Shown: in pieces, positions 47,712-59,899 of the stretch
How positions within the stretch are numbered: the first letter of the stretch is position 1
How the letters are laid out: every line of letters starts with the position of its first letter
Origin: Eledone cirrhosa
Lineage: Eukaryota
Direction of reading: 5' to 3'
Assembly: GCA_964016885.1 (NCBI GenBank)
Contig: OZ024744.1
Location: forward strand, 36,704,001 to 36,768,000
Length of the DNA: 64,000 nt
Program-made: the position numbers and the translations under genes
Notes under the pieces: model-generated
The model's database searches: none
Seen by the model: the letters and a program-made list of their open reading frames with translations, nothing else
Told to the model about the DNA's origin: nothing

Positions 47712-50444
47712 GATTTTGAGTTTATGTTGGTTGTATACCAACACCTCAGTATGCAGGTTGGAGCACTCGACGAAGTGCGCAGGTTGGTTTGGTTACTCCG
47801 GAGTAGTGTATAATAAAGTTAAATAAAAGTCAAATGATTAAAATTTAGCTTCGTTTATTACTGCTATATATATTTCAGTGACAGCCATCTTTGGCTGTGA
47901 CCTCTTCAGGCAGTTTGAATTAGTATGGTATAGACAAGTACATATGTGTTTAGGTGTATACTATTGTCAATACTCTGATATGCCCAGTTCCTTGTTGGGT
48001 TGTTAATTCACTGAGAAACTGGAGTCATATGAATTCAAACAAATGAATTTCAGTGTCAAAGGTCCCCTTCTCCTCTCATTGGTCAGTTATTAGAACATTC
48101 CCCATTCTAAGTGTTGTTATTGTTGGAGTTAGCTTAAAAATTGATAAAATGGTAGAAGGGACAAGGTGTTAAAGGAACAGAATAACAAAAAAAGTGTCAA
48201 ACTTCCCATTGGTCAGTTCTGTGAGCATTCCTCAGTCAGAAGTCTATAGAATTCTTTCTGGGGTGAGGCTCCCTGTAGTGTTTTTGCCTGCTATTGTTCA
48301 GTACATTTGACCTCCACCATTATTTTGGTACTGTTGTTGGTGTAGTAGTCAGCTTATATCTTGCTGCTGCTAACAATTTAGAAGTATCCAGTTTGTGTTT
48401 TTTCTTCATCCCTCCCGCCACCATCGTAGTGGTGGTGGGGGTGGGGGGTGGGGTGGGTTATTCCATGTATATGAAGAAATATAAGGCAATAAATGAAGAA
48501 AACAGAAAATAAATAAATAATATAATATAATAAAATAATTAATATAATTTGTGTAATTTGAAAATAAATAAATAAATAGAGAATAAAGAATAAAGAATAA
48601 ATGAGAGATTGGTGAAAAAGTAATGAAAATGTATATGGAGAAGTGAGAAATAATGTAGGATAAAGTGTGTGTGTGTGTGCTATAACCAATCTCAAGGTCA
48701 GAATATGCTGGATAGATTGGTATGAGACAAGATGTTAAGATGAGATATTCAAACTCAATGTGTTTGTGTTATAATCTATCTCAACTTAAAATAAATATAA
48801 GGTGATACAGTGAAGAGGGCAGGAAACAAATAACAAATTAATAAAGAGAAATCAAGATTTAAGATTGGAACTTGAAAGTCAGAAATCTGGTAAATTAAAA
48901 GTGTTTGTGTTATAGATGTTGGCCAAATTATTATGGCTGTGTCCGATTCTATCTCTAGGCTATCATGGTGTCTGCTCCGCCTGGGTTGTTCCCTGTGGCT
49001 TGAGGGGAGTTCACAACCTAGGGTGTTGTTATTGCCCATATAGCTAGAGGGAGGTCTGGCCGAGAGGTGTTTTCATGTTCTGTAGAAGTCCCTATAGCTT
49101 GAGGGGAGTTCACATCTTCTTGTGTTGCTACTGTCCATATATCTTGAGAAAGGTCCCGGCTCTAAGGTGTCTGCATGTCCCGAAGAAGTCGGTTCTGAGG
49201 TTTATCAGGCCGCTTCCACCTCTTAGTATCTCGAGGGTCTCGTTCAGGCATAGTTTGCATATGCAAGATCCCCCTTTATCGGGTGGTACTTTCCTGATTA
49301 TGTACCAGGCCAGAGAGTATGGGGTCCTGTCCAGATTAAGCTTCCAAACACTTTTAATTTACCAGATTTCTGACTTTCAAGTTCCAATCTTAAATCTTGA
49401 TTTCTCTTTATTAATTTGTTATTTGTTTTCTACCCTCTTCACTGTATCACCTTATATTTATTTTAAGTTGAGATAGATTATAACACAAACACATTGAGTT
49501 TGAATATCTCATCTTAACATCTTGTCTCATACCAATCTATCCAGCATATTCTGACCTTGAGATTGGTTATAGCACACACACACACTTTATCCTACATTAT
49601 TTCTCACTTCTCCATATACATTTTCATTACTTTTTCACCAATCTCTCATTTATTCTTTATTCTTTATTCTCTATTTATTTATTTATTTTCAAATTACACA
49701 AATTATATTAATTATTTTATTATATTATATTATTTATTTATTTTCTGTTTTCTTCATTTATTGCCTTATATTTCTTCATATACATGGAAGAACCAGCCCC
49801 CCCCCCCCCCCCCCCCCCCACACACACACCACCACCACTACGATGGTGGCGGGAGGGATGAAGAAAAAACACAAACTGGATACTTCTAAATTGTTAGCAG
49901 CAGCAAGATATAAGCTGACCACTACACCAACAACAGTACCAAAATAATGGTGGAGGTCAAATGTACTGAACAATAGCAGGCAAAAAAACTACAGGGAGCC
50001 TCACCCCAGACTTCTGACTGAGGAATGCTCTCAGAACTGACCAATGGGAAGTTTGACACTTTTTTTGTTGTTCTGTTCCTTTAACACCTGTCCCTTCTAC
50101 CATTTTATCAATTTTTAAGCTAACTCCAACAATAAAAACACTTAGAATGAGGAATGTTCTAATAACTGACCAATGAGAGGAGAAGGGGACCTTTGACACT
50201 GAAATTCGATTGTTTGAATTCATATGACTCCAGTTCCTCAGTGAATTAACAACCCAACAAGGAACTGGGCATATCAGACTATTGACAATAGTATACACCT
50301 AAACAACATATGTACTTGTCTATACCATACTAATTCAAACTGCCTGAAGAGGTCACAGCCAAAGATGGCTGTCACTGAAATATATATAGCAGTAATAAAC
50401 GAAGCTAAATTTTAATCATTTGACTTTTATTTAACTTTATTATA
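47705..50444 (-). mobile_element. 5'-truncated Naiad-type PLE with a 1.1-kb inverted pseudo-LTR
   Basis: Arms are 47809-48907 and 49345-50444. The spacer on the minus strand encodes a GIY-YIG C terminus, YSLAWYIIRKVPPDKGGSCICKLCLNETLEIL...LINLRTDFFGTCRH. HHRs lie at 47860-47914 (-) and 50339-50393 (+). Confidence 0.9.
50339..50393 (+). ncRNA. Type I hammerhead ribozyme (mirror copy at 47860-47914 -)
   Basis: ACUGC-CUGAAGA-gGUcACAGCCA-AAGA-UGGCUGUcACu-GAAA-UAUAUA-UA^GCAGU. Confidence 0.85.
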
Positions 50445-50454
50445 TATATACATA

Positions 50455-50550
<96 letters not shown>

Positions 50551-51380
50551 AGGGTGTTAAAGTTTGCTTGAAGCATTGTGAAATGTGTAAAATACGTATT
50601 TAAGAAAGCCACAACAATGCAAAGGGAAATCTCGAGGTAGGAAGTGAAATATAGATAGGAAAAACAGGTGAAAGTGAAAATTGAGAGAGACAAAGATGAA
50701 AACAAAACAAAGGTAGAAGGGTTACCGTAGTAGAGATTTAATCCCAATATTTCGGGCTCACGCCCATCAACGGGGGAAAAGTTCCAAAAGGGGGGAAACA
50801 GGCCAAGCGGAGAAAGTTGTGATGTCGTTAAGACAGGAATGCCGTTATGGGGAGAAAATATTTAAAATTTAAACGAGGGAAAGAATGCGCGTGCGCGTGA
50901 TAGGCTGTGGCAAAAGCTACTGACCAAATGGGTTAAATCAAGAGGGTGCGTTAGCGTGTGAAAGCCGTAAGATATGTGTATGTAAATATATATGTGTGTG
51001 TAACTGTGTGTGTATAAGTGTAAGTGTGTATATGTGTGAGTGTGTGTGTGTGTGAAAGATAGTGGGCTGTAGAAGTTGGAAATCAAAGGGTGTGAAAGGT
51101 GGTAGGTTGTAAAATATGTGTGCGTGTATAAATATAGATGTGTGTGTGTAAGCGTATGGGTATACATGTGTGTGTAACTGTGTGTGTATATGTGTGAGTG
51201 CGTTTGTGTGTGAAAGATAGTGGGCTGTAGAAGCTGGAAATCAAAGGGTGTGAAAGGTGGTAGGTTGTAAAAACATGTGTGCGTGTATAAATATAGATGT
51301 GTGTGTGTATGCGTATGGGTATGCATATACGTGCGTGTGTGTGAAGATAGCAGGCCGTAGGCTGTGAATGGTCATTATGG

Positions 51381-53194
51381 TTAAGTTAGCCATGTCAGCT
51401 CATTTCTCTCAGCCCGGTTGTTAAGTGGGGGTCTGAGGTTCTTAATAACAAGTGCTTCCTTTATCCTTAAGGATCCGATGCTGCGTTCAGTCGCTAGGAC
51501 TGTGACCAAGGGTCTACCCTGAGGGTTTCCGCATTTAAGGATATGTTTACGGAAGGAAGATGCGTTGGTGTTGATATGTTCCTTGATACGATCATGTAGG
51601 GGTCGGATGGTGCTACCTATGTAAAACTTGTTACATTTATCGCATTGAATCTTATATACGACATAGGTGCGTAGGCAATCTGTCCCCCGTATCGGGCAGT
51701 TGCTGAGGGAACACGTCCCATCTGCCTCGTAGGGTTTGTTGGAGAGGCATCTTCGCAGCGAAGGTCCTGTGTGGGCCAAATGTATGTCAAGTCCCTCCGT
51801 CCGTATGGCCCTGCGGATGGCGTTCGTGGTATATTCACTCAGGTGGGGGATTTTAAAGAAGCACCTGCTAATATTAAGTTCTCTAGTGGGTGTCAGTCTA
51901 CTGGGTCTGGGGTCTCTAATTCCGTTAATCAGTCGCTTGGGATAACCATTAGATCTGAGTAGATTACGGAATTGCGTGGTATGGGTGAGACCACCCATCG
52001 GGTCGCTGCATCTGTTAGTGATCCGTGTCAGTTCATTTAGGACATAGCCTCTCTTAGCGTTGTTGGGGAGGGCTGAGTTATAATGCACAAATAAGTCCTT
52101 GCACGCTGCTTTGCGGTAGAAGGTGGTGTTTATGTCTCCTTCTTCCGAGATGTTGATACGGAAGTCGAGGAGGGCGAGTGACCCGTCTTCTCCTGGGTGT
52201 TCGATGGTGAAATCGATGTGCTGGTCAGTATCGTTGAAGATTTGGTGAATTTCATTCGCCATCTCCCGGGAAGAAGTAAGTATCAGGATATCATCAACGT
52301 ATCTGGAGTAGAAGGCGACGTCGTTGGGTTGGCAGGTATTGAGTGCCTTGCGTTCCAGGTGGTCCATGTACGAGATCGCAAGTATGCCGGACAGACTAGA
52401 GCCCATAGGTAGCCCAGAGATTTGTTTGTACGTGTGGCCGAGGAAATTGAAGAGTGCATTATCCACAACGAAGGAGAGGAGTTGGTGGATGTCCGTGTGT
52501 GTGAGTCCGAAGCAGTGTAAGTTAGATGCTCGGACTCGTTCGGTCAACAGGTCGACAGCTGGGGATGCTGGTACGGAGGTATAAAGGGCGACCACATCAA
52601 GACTGAAAGCATAACCGTTGTCCTTTCTGGTGTTGGGCGCCAGATGGTGTAGTCGCTCCAAGACTTCCTTTGAGCTGCAGACGTGGGCTGGTAGTGTGTG
52701 TAGGATAGGTTTCAGTAGTGTGGAGAGCAGCCACGATATTTTGTAGAGTGGGCCCTCCACGCTAGAGACAATGGGCCTGATTTTCAAATCGGGTCCTTGT
52801 TTATGTGTTTTGACCAGGTGGTAGAAGGTGGGTAATTTGCTGTTTCGAGTCATTATGTTGTTTTTTACCTTCTTTGGCAGTTTTCGTTGGACACAGATGT
52901 TAGTCCATATGGTGTTAATGCCTTCCTCGATTAGAGTCGAGGAGGTCCCTGTGACTTTCGAGTAGAGGCTGTGGTCATTAAGATGTTGGAGAGCTAAGTT
53001 GTTGTAGGTCTCTCTCGAGATGACACATAATTCTTTCCCCTTGTCAGAGGGAAGGTACACAAGGTTCCTGGATCTTAGGTTGGTGAGAGTATTAAATTGT
53101 GCATTGGTGAGGTTGCGTTTATTGTGTGTGTGTGTGTGTGTGTTGGGAAAGGATGTTAGAGATAGAATGTTTCAACCTGAGTAGTTTAGTGTCA
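51381..53194 (-). CDS. PLE RT + GIY-YIG, inverted and more truncated copy
   Basis: The 559-aa ORF matches the + copy except for ~4 residues. It is frameshifted upstream at a (CA)10 tract, versus (CA)8 in the + copy. Confidence 0.85.
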
Positions 53195-55306
53195 CCCCCC
53201 AACATCGATCTACCTACCAACGATGCTTCACACCTCGTTACCGACTTAACCGGTACCCTCACCAACGACGAACTCGAACTTCTGCGCCTCGGACCTAAGT
53301 TCATCATTACACAGCGTCTCGATGATAGACTGAAACTCGACATCGAAACCAACTTCTGTCGGACAGCTTATCAACTGAAATGGCTAACCGCCATCCAAAA
53401 CAACACCGAGATCGATTACAACCCCACAACCCACCCCACACTCCACACGTATCACCTCGACAACCCACTCCACCCCCCACCCACCAACCACGAACTTGAC
53501 ACTAAACTACTCAGGTTGAAACATTCTATCTCTAACATCCTTTCCCAACACACACACACACACAATAAACGCAACCTGACCAATGCACAATTTAATACTC
53601 TCACCAACCTAAGATCCAGGAACCTTGTGTACCTTCCCTCTGACAAGGGGAAAGAATTCTGTGTCATCTCGAGAGAGACCTACAACAACTTAGCTCTCCA
53701 ACATCTTAATGACCACAGCCTCTACTCGAAAGTCACAGGGATCTCCTCGACTCTAATCGAGGAAGGCATTAACACCATATGGACTAACATCTGTGTCCAA
53801 CGAAAACTGCCAAAGAAGGTAAAAAACAACATAATGACTCGAAACAGCAAATTACCCACCTTCTACCACCTGGTCAAAACACATAAACAAGGACCCGATT
53901 TGAAAATCAGGCCCATTGTCTCTAGCGTGGAGGGCCCACTCTACAAAATATCGTGGCTGCTCTCCACACTACTGAAACCTATCCTACACACACTACCAGC
54001 CCACGTCTGCAGCTCAAAGGAAGTCTTGGAGCGACTACACCATCTGGCGCCCAACACCAGAAAGGACAACGGTTATGCCTTCAGTCTTGATGTGGTCGCC
54101 CTTTATACCTCCGTACCAGCATCCCCAGCTGTCGACCTGTTGACCGAACGAGTCCGAGCATCTAACTTACACTGCTTCGGACTCACACACACGGACATCC
54201 ACCAACTCCTCTCCTTCGTTGTGGATAATGCACTCTTCAATTTCCTCGGCCACACGTACAAACAAATCTCTGGGCTACCTATGGGTTCTAGTCTGTCCGG
54301 CATACTTGCGATCTCGTACATGGACCACCTGGAACGCAAGGCACTCAATACCTGCCAACCCAACGCCGTCGCCTTCTACTCCAGATACGTTGATGATATC
54401 CTGATACTTACTTCTTCCCGGGAGATGGCGAATGAAATTCACCAAATCTTCAACGATACTGACCAGCACATCGATTTCACCATCGAACACCCAGGAGAAG
54501 ACGGGTCACTCGCCCTCCTCGACTTCCGTATCAACATCTCGGAAGAAGGAGACATAAACACCACCTTCTACCGCAAAGCAGCGTGCAAGGACTTATTTGT
54601 GCATTATAACTCAGCCCTCCCCAACAACGCTAAGAGAGGCTATGTCCTAAATGAACTGACACGGATCACTAACAGATGCAGCGACCCGATGGGTGGTCTC
54701 ACCCATACCACGCAATTCCGTAATCTACTCAGATCTAATGGTTATCCCAAGCGACTGATTAACGGAATTAGAGACCCCAGACCCAGTAGACTGACACCCA
54801 CTAGAGAACTTAATATTAGCAGGTGCTTCTTTAAAATCCCCCACCTGAGTGAATATACCACGAACGCCATCCGCAGGGCCATACGGACGGAGGGACTTGA
54901 CATACATTTGGCCCACACAGGACCTTCGCTGCCAAGATGCCTCTCCAACAAACCCTACGAGGCAGATGGGACGTGTTCCCTCAGCAACTGCCCGATACGG
55001 GGGACAGATTGCCTACGCACCTATGTCGTATATAAGATTCAATGCGATAAATGTAACAAGTTTTACATAGGTAGCACCATCCGACCCCTACATGATCGTA
55101 TCAAGGAACATATCAACACCAACGCATCTTCCTTCCGTAAACATATCCTTAAATGCGGAAACCCACAGGGTAGACCCTTGGTCACAGTCCTAGCGACTGA
55201 ACGCAGCATCGGATCCTTAAGGATAAAGGAAGCACTTGTTATTAAGAACCTCAGACCCCCACTTAACAACCGGGCTGAGAGAAATGAGCTGACATGGCTA
55301 ACTTAA
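53195..55306 (+). CDS. PLE reverse transcriptase + GIY-YIG endonuclease (open frame, N-terminally truncated; Cys-rich linker suggests Nematis/Neptune-like)
   Basis: LLRLGPKF, PSDKG, KTHK..IRPIVS, FSLDVVALYTSVP, GLPMGSSLS, RYVDD, LLDFRI and FYRK; linker CSLSNCP....C; VVYKIQCDKC..FYIGST.RPL..RIKEH and EAL.I....P.LN. The first 23 aa of the tracked ORF are antisense read-in from the other arm. Confidence 0.92.
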   Translation, partial: PPNIDLPTNDASHLVTDLTGTLTNDELELLRLGPKFIITQRLDDRLKLDIETNFCRTAYQLKWLTAIQNNTEIDYNPTTHPTLHTYHLDNPLHPPPTNHELDTKLLRLKHSISNILSQHTHTHNKRNLTNAQFNTLTNLRSRNLVYLPSDKGKEFCVISRETYNNLALQHLNDHSLYSKVTGISSTLIEEGINTIWTNICVQRKLPKKVKNNIMTRNSKLPTFYHLVKTHKQGPDLKIRPIVSSVEGPLYKISWLLSTLLKPILHTLPAHVCSSKEVLERLHHLAPNTRKDNGYAFSLDVVALYTSVPASPAVDLLTERVRASNLHCFGLTHTDIHQLLSFVVDNALFNFLGHTYKQISGLPMGSSLSGILAISYMDHLERKALNTCQPNAVAFYSRYVDDILILTSSREMANEIHQIFNDTDQHIDFTIEHPGEDGSLALLDFRINISEEGDINTTFYRKAACKDLFVHYNSALPNNAKRGYVLNELTRITNRCSDPMGGLTHTTQFRNLLRSNGYPKRLINGIRDPRPSRLTPTRELNISRCFFKIPHLSEYTTNAIRRAIRTEGLDIHLAHTGPSLPRCLSNKPYEADGTCSLSNCPIRGTDCLRTYVVYKIQCDKCNKFYIGSTIRPLHDRIKEHINTNASSFRKHILKCGNPQGRPLVTVLATERSIGSLRIKEALVIKNLRPPLNNRAERNELTWLT

Positions 55307-55354
55307 CCATAATGACCATTCACAGCCTACGGCCTGCTATCTTCACACACACGC

Positions 55355-55700
55355 ACGTATATGCATACCCATACGCATACACACACACATCTATATTTAT
55401 ACACGCACACATGTTTTTACAACCTACCACCTTTCACACCCTTTGATTTCCAACTTCTACAGCCCACTATCTTTCACACACAAACGCACTCACACATATA
55501 CACACACAGTTACACACACATGTATACCCATACGCTTACACACACACATCTATATTTATACACGCACACATATTTTACAACCTACCACCTTTCACACCCT
55601 TTGATTTCCAACTTCTACAGCCCACTATCTTTCACACACACACACACTCACACATATACACACTTACACTTATACACACACAGTTACACACACATATATA
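55355..55700 (+). repeat. ~160-bp tandem duplication in the PLE 3' UTR (mirrored at ~50990-51330)
   Basis: catctatatttatacacgcacac...acaacctaccacctttcacaccctttgatttccaacttctacagcccactatctttcac occurs twice. Confidence 0.85.
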
Positions 55701-55910
55701 TTTACATACACATATCTTACGGCTTTCACACGCTAACGCACCCTCTTGATTTAACCCATTTGGTCAGTAGCTTTTGCCACAGCCTATCACGCGCACGCGC
55801 ATTCTTTCCCTCGTTTAAATTTTAAATATTTTTCTCCCCATAACGGCATTCCTGTCTTAACGACATCACAACTTTCTCCGCTTGGCCTGTTTCCCCCCTT
55901 TTGGAACTTT

Positions 55911-55946
55911 TCCCCCGTTGATGGGCGTGAGCCCGAAATATTGGGA
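55911..55946 (+). ncRNA. Hammerhead-like fold with non-canonical core CCGUUGA (mirror at 50742-50777 -)
   Basis: UCCC-CCGUUGA-u-GGGC-GUGA-GCCC-GAAA-UA-UU^GGGA. The geometry matches a minimal HHR but there are two core substitutions. Confidence 0.5.
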
Positions 55947-56093
55947 TTAAATCTCTACTACGGTAACCCTTCTACCTTTGTTTTGTTTTCATCTTTGTCT
56001 CTCTCAATTTTCACTTTCACCTGTTTTTCCTATCTATATTTCACTTCCTACCTCGAGATTTCCCTTTGCATTGTTGTGGCTTTCTTAAATACG

Positions 56094-56278
<185 letters not shown>

Positions 56279-56287
56279 CATATATAT

Positions 56288-59200
56288 ATTTATTAAAATA
56301 ACAGATTAAAGTTTAAGCAAAGAATCGCTGCTTTCACCCTTAACGGGATCTTCTGAAACTAACAAAGTCAATCTGTAAACGCAGAACTGGATATTTCAAA
56401 AAACGTTGCAACCGGAGGAAGACAGGAAGACGATACTTTGGTTCTTGGTAACGTTCGCTGGCAAAGAACGGGAAAAAACGAATAATACGTCATTAAGAGG
56501 AGCGGTGAAAAACAATTACGCGCAAAGACAAAACCACGTTTATGGTATAAAAGAGGTCGTAGACTAATGTTCTCTTAGGTGGTGCATAGAGACGTTCTCT
56601 GGCAATGAACGAAAAAACGAAGATAATAAGTCATATGTGGAGCGTAGAGAACAATAGCACGCACAGACAAAACCACGTAAATGGTATAGCAGAAATCGTA
56701 GACTAAAATTCTAACTAGGAGACCAAATGAATCTCCGCTACAGAGTTAAGAACAAAGTAAATAAATACAATACAGGAGTAATAGAAACAAATAAATACAT
56801 ACACGCAAACAGATACGTACATACAAAAGCATACGCAAAACCTTACCATAGGTATACAAAACCACGCACATATAAATATGTGTGTGTGTGTATGCTTGTG
56901 TACAAATAAATAAATAATTATATAAACGTATATAAGTAAATAAATACGTATATAACAAGCGCACACGCATACCTACATATAAATACACGAATGTTCGGAG
57001 ACGTAAGTCAACTAAAACAAGAAGTACACATATACACACACCCACCATACGTACGAACCTGCATACTCACGCGGACGCAAAACTCCCGTATACACATAGC
57101 CAAACCCTAAATACCAGAATATGTAAAAATTATACGCCATAACAGTCAAATATACGTACGAGAAGGTATACTTCACAAAACATACGGGTAATATATACTT
57201 ACCTATGCAAATAAGTAAAGGAATAAACAAAACATATACTTAGCTCCCACATCAAGACGTAAAATATCCACGTATAGATCGTACTATCCGTTAGGGTATA
57301 ACGTGGGGCTGTAATACAGGAAAGTTTTGTGCAATTTATGTTTACAAGCCGAAATTGCCTCAGATTTTTTGTTTAAGATGTGGTCTGTGGCGTAGAGTAT
57401 TTCCAGGGCCTCAGCGGCGCAGAGGTCACATGGTCTTTTATTTCCGTTATACGATCTAGCCCTAGCTAGGATCTCCCAGTGTAATTTATATTGGGTGTGG
57501 TTGTCTTTTAGACTCCAGATATAAGCTGAAAGTGACGTCATATTCCTTCTTAAAGGGTAACGAAAAGAATGGGTATGCATGTAAAGATGCTGCTTGAAAC
57601 TATTGGCGGTTAACCATATGTAGGCCCTACGGGACGTGGGTGTTACAACCTTACATTTGTAGACAATGTTACTAGAGAGGCATTTCCTGGATAGGGGGCA
57701 ATCAGCCCGATTCCTACAATTACAGTTAGTACTAACTACAGGGTTGCACGTGTTCCTACGGCTAGGTAATTTAGCTAAATTTGAAGCTGTGATGTTATGT
57801 GCAAGGTTAGGAGTCGTAGAGTAAGAAATTTTAATAGTATTTCTATTAAAAATTTTACTATATTTATGTGTAGGGGGAAAATGCTTCGTAATAAGGGAAA
57901 GAAAGATCTAATGGTATGGCCACCTCCATATTATATGGTGGGTTAAACCAACAAATGCGACGGGATCTATTTCTTCTAGGTCTATTTTCGTACTCTGTAT
58001 ATGCTACCTTATTGACAAATCCACTTCGAGCAAGAGCTTCATTGTAATAAGTGGAATGGTCGTTGAAAATGCGCTCGTTGGTGGAAAGACGGGAAAGCCT
58101 CAACGAAACGTTTCTTACCAGGTTCTTGGTTATGCTGGCAGGATGGTTGGAATGCTTACTTATGTAATTAAGCGTATCATTCGGCTTTCTATACGGGTAA
58201 TACAACCCATTCAATAAATTGAGGGTAACGTCGAGGTAATTAACGACCGAGAGATTGGCCTCAACCTGTATAGAGAGGTTGAAGCCTTTAAAGAAGGCTG
58301 TGAGTTCTTTTCTGAACCTGTCGCAAGCACGAGGTCCACACTTAGTCATGGACAAAAGACCATCGTCACGATACAAACCACCGCCCGCGTTGGGGAATTC
58401 GTCCTTGATAGAGAAAAGAAGGAAAAGGCCAATAAGATCAGTAACCTCCGCAGAGTCACTGGCGCCCATACTCACGTCGAATGGGGTACTATTGGATTTT
58501 TTAATCCAAATAGAGTCGTCGAAATTAATCACCGACTTTCGGGCATTAAGGGTTGACATCAACTTCAAAATCCTTAACCACTGTGGGTGTTTTAGCGAAA
58601 TTGATAGCTCTAAGGAGAAGTGGTAAAGTGATGGAGAAGTAGTAATTGTTGATGTCGAATTGGATAAAACGGCAATGTTCCTTGTTACATATGCCGTTGA
58701 ACCAATCAATCACCGCGAAAGAATTGTTCCACGGTGCGAGAGGGGCCAAACTTCTAATTTCAGGTATAATTCTATCAAGAATCGTTTTACTAAGTCTACC
58801 TAAATCGGACTTCGTAGAGTTAATAAGCCGAATAGAGGGGTTGTTCGGAAAATTGGATTTGTGATCCTTCAGGGTAAAGTGGGGAGAGATAGGGTCCAGA
58901 GGTTCGGTCCGGTCCAGGATGTTGAGATCAGATGTGATTTTAAACCCAGCATCGTTGATTTCATTGATGACGCACCGATTAGTTTTACGGTAATCCTTAG
59001 TTACAGCATTATGTAGTAGTTGATGGTAAGTACTGCGCTCCACTTGATATAGGTTGCTAGCTTTGTCGGAATGGACGTGCACGGCGTTAGAATCCTTAAT
59101 AGAACGAATTCTATTCTTCAGGTCTTGCTGGAAGGAATTGCTCCTATTCCGAAATTTGATATTCCGAATGAGTTCCAAGACATCATTTTCGAAGGGTAGC

Positions 59201-59899
59201 AATGCTGGGTTCCACGGAGGGTTATTATAAGTTTTAAATCCAAATTTATCTTGTTTGTTGTCTGCTTTTCGCGGATTATCGAAATAAAAGGCACGCCAAC
59301 GCAACCTTTTAATGAACGCATCTGTTTTCTGTATCAGGAGTTTTAGGTATGTTTTCCTGCTTGGTACGGGTATGTTCTTTGTAAAAATATTTAGATGTTG
59401 TTTCTGCATGATGAATATAAGTCAGTAGAGTGCTCAACCGAAGGAGCCAAATAGTAATAATAATAAAATTGAAGACTAAAATCCAAAGAGGGCTCGATAA
59501 TGAAAATATATATCAAATATATAAGAACCGTAGAGCAAATATTTATTAAAATAACAGATTAAAGTTTAAGCAAAGAATCGCTGCTTTCACCCTTAACGGG
59601 ATCTTCTGAAACTAACAAAGTCAATCTGTAAACGCAGAACTGGATATTTCAAAAAACGTTGCAACCGGAGGAAGACAGGAAGACGATACTTTGGTTCTTG
59701 GTAACGTTCGCTGGCAAAGAACGGGAAAAAACGAATAATACGTCATTAATAGGAGCGGTGAAAAACAATTACGCGCAAAGACAAAACCACGTTTATGGTA
59801 TAAAAGAGGTCGTAGACTAATGTTCTCTTAGGTGGTGCATAGAGACGTTCTCTGGCAATGAACGAAAAAACGATGATAATAAGTCATATGTGGAGCGTA
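56288..59899 (-). mobile_element. Full-length Naiad-type PLE with direct pseudo-LTRs (two frameshifts)
   Basis: Direct ~360-bp repeats at 56288-56646 and 59541-59899. The ORF runs from ATG 59409 (KNIPVPS..RLRWRA..FGFK) through LKDHK, FIQFDI, FDVSMG, GLYRDDGL, CNCR..CPL..KC, VYKC and CDLC to a stop at 57284. Frameshifts at ~58560 and ~57910; (TA)n on both sides. Confidence 0.92.
56310..56360 (-). ncRNA. Hammerhead variant with CAGAAGA core (second copy 59563-59613 -)
   Basis: AGUUU-CAGAAGA-u-CCC-GUUAA-GGG-u-GAAAGCA-loop-UGCUU^AAACU, identical in both pseudo-LTRs. Confidence 0.6.

Noticed and set aside
53126-53194. N terminus MCVCVCWERMLEIECF of the 726-aa ORF
   Set aside because: It is antisense sequence of the inverted arm read into the truncated ORF, not a true start.
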